NCBI GenBank assembly: GCA_052327205.1
Contig: CM126214.1
Span: 23,374,001 to 23,438,000, forward strand
Length of the DNA: 64,000 nucleotides
DNA from: Somniosus microcephalus
Taxonomy: Eukaryota
Reading direction: 5' to 3'
The stretch's first letter is position 1. Every line of letters starts with the position of its first letter. This document shows positions 48,401 to 60,400 of the stretch, one piece after another. A program made the position numbers and the translations under genes. The notes beneath the pieces are model-generated. The model did not search any database, had not been told where the DNA came from, and saw only the letters and a list, made by a program, of their open reading frames with translations.

Positions 48401-51400
48401 ATGAAGTTTATAGGGATGTGCGTCAGAGAGCTATAAAATGTAGGATTGTGCTTAAAATGTTAGTTCACAGCAATATTCTCCATTTTCGTCAGACCCTAGG
48501 GAGAGGCATTTACTAAAGCCTGAGCACTTTTTCACAGGCAAGGAGGGAAGACCAGAAATAAAGTAATCTCATGCTGCTCTCATGCACCTCCTAGTGTCTA
48601 GATTGGAAGCAGCATTTATAGAGGCTTCGGACTGGATTATCTTTGTTCAAACAATCATTGAGGTTTTGTACAGGAGGATTTAAGAGAGAGAAAGTTAAAG
48701 GATTATTTAAAAAAACTGCACAACCTACAGAATTGGGTCGTTTTTTTTGTTTTCATTTATATTATCCAAATATCAAAAATATTTTGTAATGTATGGTAGA
48801 ATGTATGATGTTAAAATGCTTAGCTAACTACCTAGTAGTTGAGATAAATTGATGTTTGAATCTTTTTTTCGCTGATTATATTTTTCTTTTCTCGTAGTAT
48901 GGAACCAGAGCACTGGATAAAATCATTAAAACCATCTTAGGTCAGGTTGAAAATAAAGTACTACCACCGAAAGATTACATTGGAGGTCCCAATGCTTTTA
49001 TCGATGGTAAGAAATTAGTTCATACCCGGAACATGATTTGCATGTAACATGCAGAGTACATTAACATATTTAAAATCAATTGTAAGTGATTTGTTTTGTT
49101 CTAAAATGCATTATTTTGAAACTTGTATTATTACATATGAATAATTTCTGCATAGTAAAATAATTAAGGCAAATTATCTTTGCATGTATATAGCAGCCTG
49201 TGTTCTGTAGAATATAATATTGTCAAGAAATCTAACAAGAAGCATCTGTATTGCAGACATGAGGATGGGACTGATGGCTGTTGGGATATTCTGCAAAGAA
49301 AACCGTTACGGATATATAAATGTGGAAAAAGGTGAGAATTTAATGTTTTCTTTACCCGATTGTCAATTTGATTTTCAAATCTGCACTAGCATAACATATA
49401 AGTACTTAAATGAAAACAAAATATGTATTACACCTGCATAATTTTTGAGATCTTTCTGACCTCTTCAGGAACTGATGCAAAGTGCTTAGCGGTAAGATTT
49501 GAACTAAGATGTTGGATATAATTTACTGCTGTATTGTGCTTCAACTGGGGAAATTAAATATTGGCCGTAATTAGCTGATTCACAGTTCAGCTCCTTATTC
49601 CACACTGTCAATTGTTTGGAGACAGGTACTGGAGTTAACACATGAAAAATAAAGCAATACATTATAAAAATATTAGGTCTGATTTTAACTCACTCCATCC
49701 GGCGTAAACGGGGCGGTGGCAGCTGGAAAATGCCGTTGAGGTACTTAACGCCCCATTTACGCAGATGCTCTGACCACCATCTTGGGTAGGGTCCTGCGAT
49801 GAGCAGCCTGTTTCAGGCAGGATATGCGAGTTGGGGTCCTAAAAGATACATCGGACTTTTGAGGTAGAAATTGCAATTTCGAGGTAGAAATGGGCTGAGC
49901 GTGCACCCTTAAAGGGACCGGTGGAGATTGATCAGAAGACAGTCCAGGCAATTGCCAGCCCCCCGGTCTCCCCCATCCCTGTTAGGATCGCTTCCCCACC
50001 CCCGACTGACTGCTGGCCAGCTCAGAGTGGGAGCCAGCTGATTTCCCACCTTCCCCTAACTGGTGAGCCGAAGCAGGATGTCCACTTGGTGCCTGCAACT
50101 CACTTGCGGCACGTAAATGAGGCCTGGGCCTGAAAATGGCTCAGGCCTCACGTCGGCCATAACGGGCTGCTGCAAACGCACTCCACCGCCATCTGCCCAT
50201 ATTTCTGCCTGGTTAAAAGTGGCCCTATTATGTTCCAGCATCTTCTCAAATATCTGTAATAGTTTTGAATATGAATTGATATAAACTAGTTTGGTTATGG
50301 AATTCACTGAGAAAGCACCAACAATGTTGATACTGTTTCTTCCACTTATAATGGCCACAGATCGTCTAGACTGTCACGTAAACTGAACAAGGCTAGTGTT
50401 CCCAACCAAAGTGCATTAAAAGTAATGGTTGTCCTTCTTGATTGTGGTGAATGGAATATTGGTTTATTGGCACTTTTTTTTAACTTAAACTGACATTAGT
50501 TGCAAGAAATACAGATAATTTAGCCATGCTTTGAATGATTCTGAAATCATTTTGCTGTCTTTGATGCTAATGAAATGATACACAGTCGTTCTTCCGGAGT
50601 TTGAGGTCTTTATAGCCAGTAAGCTGCAGTTGGCCCACTCTCAGTGTATGACTAAATATATTCGGCTATTCGGCTTACTGATTTAAAAACTATGAGCACT
50701 TACATGGGTGCTTTAGGATTTGGAATCAGGAGTCCTTTGACAATCTGTGGCTAAACTGAACAAATCAGATCAACACGGGCTCGGATTGCCAACTCTGGTT
50801 GGAAATGTTCACAGAGGTTTGATCACATGGCGCTCGATCGCAGTTTACAACTGTTATTGCACTTATCTTAGAATGGGTCGGGTCCCTGTAGTTGAGTGCC
50901 TTTGCTCCCTGTAAGCCTATCAAAAAATGTTTTTACGAAGTGGCAGGAGCGGACTCGGTATCGGGAAATTTTCCCGCGTGCCCCCCATGAATGGTTCCCT
51001 GCCACCCCTGATAGGTGCATTCTGTGATCCCCCACCACCTCCGAGAAGTCAAAGGTGCTTAATTCTTTGTAATCCCAAACAAAAGCAGAAAATGCTGGAA
51101 ACACTCAGCATGTCAGGCAGCACCTGTAATCCAGAAGGGTTGGCAATCCTGGGAGTTAAATGCTATTTCACACGCCAATGAAAAATGACACGCTTCCCGT
51201 GTATACCAGCCATGCTGGAGTCTTTCAATCCAGGCCGAATTACTGACACCATTAAGCACCTTGCATGAAAGTTTCATGGCTCTTCCACAGTCGTTAAGTG
51301 GAGCACAAAGTGCTCACGCCTCTTGATTACATTGAGCTTCAATTTTGCTGGATAATTGCCACGCTGGCGCTGCCAGGGACTGGCCTTCACGCTCGCCCGT

Positions 51401-54400
51401 CAAAGCTCCACCTCCTCTCTACTTCCCTATTTTCTCCCAGGCTGCTTGCAACAGTGCCTGGGAGATCAATCCTCAATTCTGGGAGGCTCCCGGACAATCC
51501 GGGAGATTTGGCAGCCTTAACATGGACCAGTTCATTAAAGAGGCTTGCTCCATACTTGGTTAGTTAAAAAAGGGTGATAAATAACCTAAAACAGAAGTGA
51601 TTTAATGTGACTTTTGTTGCTATTTTGTTTCAGACTGCAGCATCACAAAATTCCTGAATCGGATTCTTGGACTCGAGGTTCACAAACAAAATGCACTTTT
51701 CCAGTATTTCACAGACACATTTGATTATCTCATTGAGAAGGACAAAAAAGATGGAAAATATGACATGGGAATTCTAGGTACGACCAAGCAGCAGAGTGTT
51801 AACCGAGATTTTCCACCTTTTCTCATATCTTATATCTACATAATATTGTGACTAGTTAGAAAAATGCAGTAGATGTATTTCACACACAAATGTTGCACAT
51901 GCCTAATTTGATGTTGCTTGTTTAAATCACAGTTATGTTGTGAAAGTGATGGCATATGTGTGAGCCATAGGTGATTGGGACTCACGAAAGTAACAATGCC
52001 TCACGGACCTAATTACAGTTTTTGAAATAAACAGGAAAATGAGCTTTCACAATATAAACACAATGGCCCCGATTTTCCCCGAGCCGTTGGGCGGGGTTTC
52101 GGGCATGTTGGGGGGGAAATCCCGAATTTGGGGGTCCCGACACCATCCCGCCCAAAACCCCGCCCCATGCAACTTTCAGGGGCAGCGGGTACCTGCCCCA
52201 CACTGGGACCCGCCGAAACCAGGCGGGAAGGGATTAGTGCCAATTAACTGCCTGTTAACAGGTAGTTAACAGGCAGTTTTTAGCTTAATCCCTATTTTGA
52301 GGGGTGTCGTGTGGGATTCCCGACGGCTCCAAACCATGCCAAGTTGAGCAGGCGGGCCGTCGGGTTGAAGGAGTTGGAGGGGTCGCGATGTCGGTGCTCA
52401 GGTGAGTGATGGGTGCATGAGTGCAAAGGTAAGTGTGTTTGGTGTGTCTAAAGTGTGTAAAGAACTTTTACTTACCTGTACTTACCTTAACAGCCTTTCT
52501 TCCTGTAGCCGTCGGGAGCCCATCACTCAGCCGGAACTTAAAGATGAACGGCTGCGATCTGTGAAAAGTGACAGCCTTCAGCTTTGAGTGCTGCTGAGAG
52601 TTCTATCTGAGTCTGTGCAGAAGGACTCATGTTAGAACTCAAACTGTCAGTGTTTGGCAGCTTCAAACAGCTGTGAAACACTGATATTTCATCTGTCAAG
52701 AAATCTTGACAGATGAAATTGCAGTCTGTGACGTCACCTGTTGCCGGGTGGCCCTTAATTGGCCTGCTGAGCCCGCTGGGTGGGCTTAACAAGGTCAATC
52801 AAGGGAAAATCGTGCGGATTGGCCGGACGTCGATGTAGGCGGGTCAAAAACCCGAACGTTGAAGTCCCGCCTTCTTCCCAACAGGTTCGGGAAAATTACC
52901 CCAATGTATGGCAAAGAACAGTGGAATTCAGAAAATATTCAACTGCAAGCAACAAAAAGATGATTGTGCCAGCCATCATATTGGAAGCCGATCATATTTG
53001 GGGTGTCCAGAGTGCCTACCTAATATAGGTGTTAGACGCCTTGATTAAGCAAATTGGGCTCCTAATGCCGGTTGCAAGACCATGATTGAAATTGATGTAC
53101 AAATGGGCAGAGTTTGCAACGTGCAAGCTCCGCTTAGTTGTGCCGGGTCTTGAGCAGCCTAACCAGCGGTCTTTAAAGGGACTGCTGGAGACCAATCAAG
53201 AAATGGCAAGAAAACCTTTTAAAAGTTAAATTCCTGCAGCGCCAGGCAGAGCAGGAGTGCTCCACAAAAGTACAAAAGGCCGCTGCCAGCCTGGGACCAC
53301 CCCTTTCCTCTCCCCTGCTCTCCCAGGACCTTTCTGCGGACCGGCGGATGGAATTGGCCAGGCACCGACAGGCGAGCTACATCGGGGCGCTCAGTTGCCC
53401 TCCGCAGCTCACCTGGTTAATTTATATGAGGCCCGATGCCAAATTTCAGTGGGGCCTCCAGCTGGCAGGGACCAATGCATAAAGCAATCACCGCCGACTT
53501 TGGGTGCAAGTCCAAATTTTCGGCCTGTGTTCTCTTTGCCGTTACTATTCAGCTACAGTCAGAACTCAAGTATTTGCATAGGAATGTTGGGAGATTAAGG
53601 TAGCATTGGATGATCATACATTGCCTTGATTTGGTTCTTAGACTTAGTGCACTGAACACACAGGGTTACTTTTATTGATTGTGTCTCTTATATTTCATCA
53701 GATCTAGCTCCTGGAGTAGAAGAGATATATGAGGAACGTCAAGAGGTATTCCTTACACCAGGACACCCACAGGATGGACAAGTAGTTCTCTATAAGGTAA
53801 ATTATTGTTATGCATGTCTTATAAATGGTATTTATTAGTTTGAGAACCATGATTTTGTATTGTACACCATCTCTCTCTTTCTCTTTAGCTGGTTAGCATA
53901 TGGTATAACTGAAAGAGTTCTATAAATAAAACATTAAAAAAAAATCTTTACCTTTTCAGTTACATGTGATGATTATCTCTAGGCATAGGGCTGCATCCTA
54001 GGCCCAACTATCTTCAGCTACTTCATCAATGACCTCTACCCCCCCCCCCCAACCTCTCCCATCATAAGATTAGAAATGAGGCCGTTCACTGATGATTGCA
54101 CAGTGTTCAGCTCCATTCACATTTCCTCAGACAATGAAGCAGTCCATGCCCGCAGGCAACAAGACCCGGACAACATCCAGGCTTGGGCTGATAACTGGCA
54201 AGTAACATTCGCGTCACACGAGTGTCAGGCAATGACCATCTCCAACCACCTCCCCATGACATTCAATGGTATTACCATCCCTGAGTCCCCCGCCATCAAC
54301 ATCCTGGGGGTCACCATTGACCAGAAACTGAACTGGATCAGCCACGTAAATGTGGCTACTAGAGCAGGTCAGAAGTTGGGTGTTCTGTGACGAGTAGCTC

Positions 54401-57400
54401 ACCTCCTGACTCCCAGAAGTCTTTCTTCTTAACCCCTATGAGGGACAAGTCAGGAGCATTATGGAATAGTCTCCACTTGTCTCGATGGGTGCAGCTCCAG
54501 CAGCACTCAAGAATCTCGACACTATCCGCTTGATCGGCACCAAATCCACTGGCTTAAACATCCACTTCCTCCGCCATTGGCATACTGTGGCTGCAGTATG
54601 TACTGTCTACAGTATGCACGGCAGCAACTCGCCATGACTTCTTTGGCAGCACGTTCCAAACCTGCAACCACCACCACCCAGGAGGACAAGGGTAGCAAGT
54701 GCATGGGAACACCGTCACCCCAAAGCTCCCCTCCAAGTCACACACCAACCTGACTTGGACATATATTGCCGTTCCTTCATTGTTGCTGGGTCAAAATTCT
54801 GGAACTCTGTACGTAACAGCATTGTGGGAGTTCCTTCACCGCATGGACCGCAGCAGTTCAAGAGGTCCCACCATCACATTCTTGAGGGTAACTAGGGATG
54901 AGCAATAAATGCCTGCCTTGCTAGCGACGGCCACACCCCGAGAATGAATTTTTTAAAAGGCAAAACTGATTATTTAAAAGGCTGTTTGCCAGAATGCAGA
55001 TCTATGCAATTGTTACATCATGCTTTGTCCTATAGCAGTGTTGATTCTATGGCTGTAAGCTTTAACTCACAGCAAAAAACCTAATAATTAATTGCAGGAA
55101 AAATAAAACCTTTGAGCAGCTGCAGATAATGAACATTTAACAGACTGCAGTGAGCAAAAAGTTTCATATATTTTAGATATATTTCTTAAGGCTAAAGGGA
55201 TCAAGGGATATGGGGAGAAGGCAGGGACAGGGTACTGAATTTGGATGATCAGCCATGATCTCATTAAATGGCGGAGCAGGCTCGAGGGGCTGAATGGCCT
55301 ACTCCTGCTCCTATCTTCTATGTTTCTATGTAAAATGGGCTTAAAAGCTAGCCCATAGAATCACAAAGACTTTTACAACCACTGTTTATAATTGGCAGGA
55401 GGTCATTTTCTCAGGCAAAATTAATTTTACCAGTTTATATTTCTCTGGAAACAGAGTGATTTGTTCCTGTGAACAGTTCCATATAATAGGCAAGCCAGCA
55501 ACTATAGTAATTTGTAAAGATTACCCGAATTAGAGTGATGGTCTTGAGCAGAACTCAAACCAGACAGTTGAATTATGAAACTTCTTTCACTTGTGTTTTT
55601 CAGAAGACTGGTTTATTACTTAAAGAGTTAGATCCAATGAAAAGCGTTGAATGGTGTTAAAAGGCTTTGTAGCGAGAAAAAGGAAATTTGCAAATGTAAC
55701 AACAGTCAAGTGTATCAGATTCTTGACCATTGGCCTTGTTTTGAGCTCTGACTTTGACTATTACTCTAAATCAGGTAGCCATAACAACATGACTTTCTGT
55801 AATCCCCAGCCAGCCTATTATAGGAGCAAAGAATTTTGTTCCAGAAAGATAACAACTGGCTCGGCTAATCAACCCTGGCAGACGATGGCCTCCTGTTAAT
55901 TTTAGACAGTACGGACATTAGCTGGCAAGCAGCCTGTAGCTCTCCCTATTGACTGAAATAAGATACATGGTGTTAGATGGTAGTAAAGGGTACAATTAAA
56001 GGAGGAAAATAAAGAGTGATATAAATATTGGTAATAAGTTGCTGTTCATTTATTTTGTTTTCTGTAGATAAGTGTGGATAGGGGCATGCCCTGGGAAGAG
56101 GCTTATCAGAAGTCACTCACCTTGACCGGATCTAATGATGGTTTCTACCTTTCATACAGGGTTAGTATCACATTTTGTTGTCTGTGCTTTGCCTTGTGCC
56201 ATGTAATTATTATGACATATATTCTAGCAAAGTGAGTTATAGGAGCGGAGGTGCCGTTTCTTCTGCAATGCAGATGAGCATAAATTCAGTACAGTAAAGC
56301 GAAGAGAAGTCCAACTTGAGTACTTTTTATTCGAAATATTCTCCATTTTAACAAATAAACTTGCAGCAAAAAAATGAAATTTCAGCATTTTTAAAAAAAA
56401 ATCTGCCCGTTCTTGTTGGCAGAAGGCCTGAGCCATTTAGAGGTCTAGTCCTTATTCTGTGCCGCCGGTGACCTGTGAATGTAAAACCGCCACCCTGCTG
56501 CAGCTCACCGGTTCTGATAGGGCAGAAAATTTGTGGGCAGCCACACTGATCCGGCCAACAGTCGAAGCTTGGTGGGAAGGGGCATATGGGGTAGCTTTGG
56601 ATGTGCCAGCAGCGGCCTGGACTTTTTCTGCTCCTCTTGGCCCCACTAAAAAAAAAACATCTATTTCCTGGGCCGTTTTGTCAACGGCCTCCAGCTGTTC
56701 CTTTAAGGACTGCTGGTTAGGGCGCTCACCGCCTGGCAAGAACGGGCAGAGCGTGCACGCTTCTCCCATTTGTACCTCGAAATTGCATTCAGGGTCTTTT
56801 GTACGACACAGGAACCCAAATTTGCTTAATTAAACGAGGCTGTTGTCTAATTCAGGCAGGTGCCTGGGCCGCCTTTGTATACGCCCCGGGCAAAATGGCG
56901 GCCGGCAGGATCGGAGCAAGGTTGGTTAGTGCGGCGCTTTGAAACCAGGGCCACTACCATTCTGTTCTGGCCGGAGTTAAAATCAGCCTATTGCGTCAAA
57001 ACAATGGAAAATGCAGATATTAACAGATAAATTTGAGGTTTAGTAGAAACTCGGCACTAAATGAAGCTGATATACACTACTTCAGATTTGAGTAATCACA
57101 GATGTAAAATGTCACTTGATCAATTATATTTGAATATTTGTCTGATAGTTTGAAGCTTTGTATACTCATGTATGACAAAAAAGTCATTTTACAGGATTGT
57201 AGAATTGCCTTTGCTTTATGAGACATGAAAGTTATAATGCTTTTATGCTAAAAAAAAATTGCTCACAACTCCTACACTTTGGGTCACTCAAGCATAAGTA
57301 CTGTCTTGGATCGTCACACATTCTTACTGGTTTTTTTCTTACAGCTTAGAGGGAATGAGCCTTTTGCACTTTTGGCTGAGCAAATTACTGTGAAGAATTA

Positions 57401-60400
57401 TGTGTTGTATAAACCAAATATTGGCAAACAAATACAACCCGAAAGCTTTGATAACTTACGGAAGAAATACAAAAGAGTGAGTATTGTAATGACAGGATTG
57501 GTTCTGATTTAGTTATATGCAAGGTTCAATCAGTGAGAAATCCCCTCCTAAAAAGTTGATGAAAGAAACATGAAGTGTAATTGTTGGCACCATTAGGTTA
57601 TATGTGCTCGAGGTGATGATTAGCAAATGGCTTTTAATACTGATAATTGTACAGTAATGCTTTTATAAGTCTGATAAAACAAACCCCGGCCAACAACTAA
57701 TTTTTGCAGCCCCCACTAGTCCAGAAAATCATACAACTGTACATTTTGGATCTAGCGGTATTAAAGAGGCGCTGTCTTTATACCGAGGGAAGAACACCTA
57801 AACATCACTTTTGTTAAGAACAAACACATCGGGAACAAGTGATAAGTTGATATTTTTGCAATACTTTGATACAAATTGCATTATTGAATCCAAGTTGAAT
57901 GGCAAACATTATAAAAGGCTTGCCAATTTTATATAAATATTTTTTTTTCCTGCAGGGTTCAACCCCTCATTGTACTGTGATTTTTTTTGAAGGCATACAG
58001 CTATATATGGCTGCATATCTTTAAAAATCACAGTATAACGAAGGGTTAAACCTCACGGGAAAAATATTTAGAAGTGACAGTTGATCAGCTACCAGCATTT
58101 TCTTTACCAACAACAACTTGTATTTATATAGCGCCATTAACGTAGTAAAGCGTCCCAAGGCGCTTCACAGGAGTATTATAAGACAAAAAATTTGACACCG
58201 GACCACGTAAGGAGAAATTAGGGCAGGTGAGGTAGGTTTTAAGGAGCGTCTTAAAGGAGGAAAGAGAGGTAGCGAGGCGGAGAGGTTTAGGCAGGGAATT
58301 CCAGAGCTTAGGGCCTAGACAACAGAAGGCACGGCCACCAATGGTTGAGCGATTATAATCAGGGATGCTCAAGAGGGCAGAATTAGAGAAGCGCAGATAC
58401 CTTTGGGAGGGGGGGGTTGTGAGGCTGCAGGAGATTACAGAGATAGGGAGGGGCGAGGCCATGGAGGGATTTGAAAACAAGGATGAGAATTTTGAAATCG
58501 AGGCGTTGCTTAACCGGGAGCCAATGGAGGTCAGCGAGCACAGGGGGTGATAGGTGAACGGGACTTGGTGCGAGTTAGGACACGGACAGCCAAGTTTTGG
58601 ATAACCTCAAGTTTACGTAGCTTAGAATGTGGGAGGCCAGCCAGGAGTGCGTTGGAATAGTCAAGTCTAGAGGTAACAAAGGCATGGATGAGGGTTTCAG
58701 CAGCGGATGAGCTGAGGCAAGGGCGGAGACGGGCGATGTTACGGAGGTGGAAATAGGCGGTCTTTGTTATGCTGCAGATATGTGGTTGGAAGCTCATTTC
58801 AGTGTCAAATATGACACCAAGGTTGCAAACACTGTGGTTAAGCCTCAGACAGATGTTAGGGAGAGGGATGGGGTCAGTGGCTAGGGAACGGAGTTTGTGG
58901 CGGGGACTGAAAACAATGGCTTCGGTCTTCCCAATATTTAATTGGAGAAAATTTCTGCTCATCCATGACAAGCAGTCTGACAATTTAGAGACCGTGGAGG
59001 GGTCGAGAGAAGTGGTGCTGAGGTAGAGCTGGGTGTCGTCAGCGTACATGTGGAAACTGACACTGTGTTTTCGGAAGATGTCGCCAAGGGGCAACATGTA
59101 GGTGAGAAATAGGTGGGGGCCAAGGATAGATCCTTGGTAATCAAAGAAATAAAACCTTGTGGAGAGAATGATTCTCTATAAAGCAGTTAGACTGGATTTG
59201 GAGTACAACAACCAATTTTTTCCTGTTGTTTATCAACCATTGTTCTTGGAATATTGGTTGATAAACAACAGTTTGGAACATTTTTGTGAGGAAGAAATAG
59301 AGGAATAATCACAAAGGTTAGATTTAGTACTGAAAAAATATACTGTAGTGAAACTTAAGTGGGTGTCATGGACACTAGTTTTTTTGGAAAAATGCTTTAA
59401 ATATATTTTAAACAAATCTGCACAGGAAAAGTTTAGATACATCAGTAAACAATTATGGTTAACTCTCATCTGCTGATTAGCAAAATGATCTAAACTTTCA
59501 CTCAGGATAGCATTACTTTTTATTTACATTTTTGGCTTTTTAATATTGATTGTTTTATACTATTTATTGGCACATTTGCTATTTCTACAAAACCAAATTA
59601 AAAGCAAGTGAAAAAATTAAATCTTTTTAGCTTTCTTTATTCTTTTCAGCGGTGTTGCAATTTTTCATTTAATACTTTATTTATTTATTTTCCTTGTATA
59701 TCTTAGGTTGAACCAGAAGAGGCCAAAGAATTTTGGGGAAACCTGTATAGTTTCTCCTTCCAAAAATGCAGTCACGCAGCTTGGTAAGGTTTTGCCAGTT
59801 TGAATGGGTATGCTTCAAGTAGTTTCCCCTTTCATAATAGGTCCTTCAGAAACTCAATTAGTAAAATTGTGCAAATGGCTCATATAGTTTGGTATGCACA
59901 TTATTGAAGTGTATTGCATTAAAAAGATGGGGTGTAGATAAAAGTTGTTTAATAAAAAATGTTTTATAGTATGTGGGGATAGAACAATATATTAGTGCAG
60001 AGGTCATATCAGATTTGTAATTTCATCACCCCAGGTCTTGTTGCAGTTCCTTTACATTTGTTTATTTCATTTTAAACATCCTTTAAGCAGTTTTGTAAAA
60101 GAATGTTTCATATATATTGTGGTGGTGTCGGATTGACATTCCCTGTATATTGTAGTACTGTAGGTGCAGATTTGTTGCACACAAATAAATTCAGCCTTAA
60201 AGTGATATCCAACACTGGAGTAGCACATTGTCAGTTTCTGCCTTTTTAGCTAGTGCACTATTTCCATATTTGGGAAGAACATGTGAACAGTGACCAAATT
60301 ACAGTACCACTGTGTGAAAAGAATTTTACCACATTATGTTTAGATTCACTATAAGCCCTGATGAAAAGGGTTGCTTATGTTAGTATTTTGATATTTACCA

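Noticed and set aside
50781-51519. hAT element with GGATTGCCAAC ends
   Set aside because: TIR-like motifs are present, but the boundaries are ambiguous and no 8-bp TSD was found.
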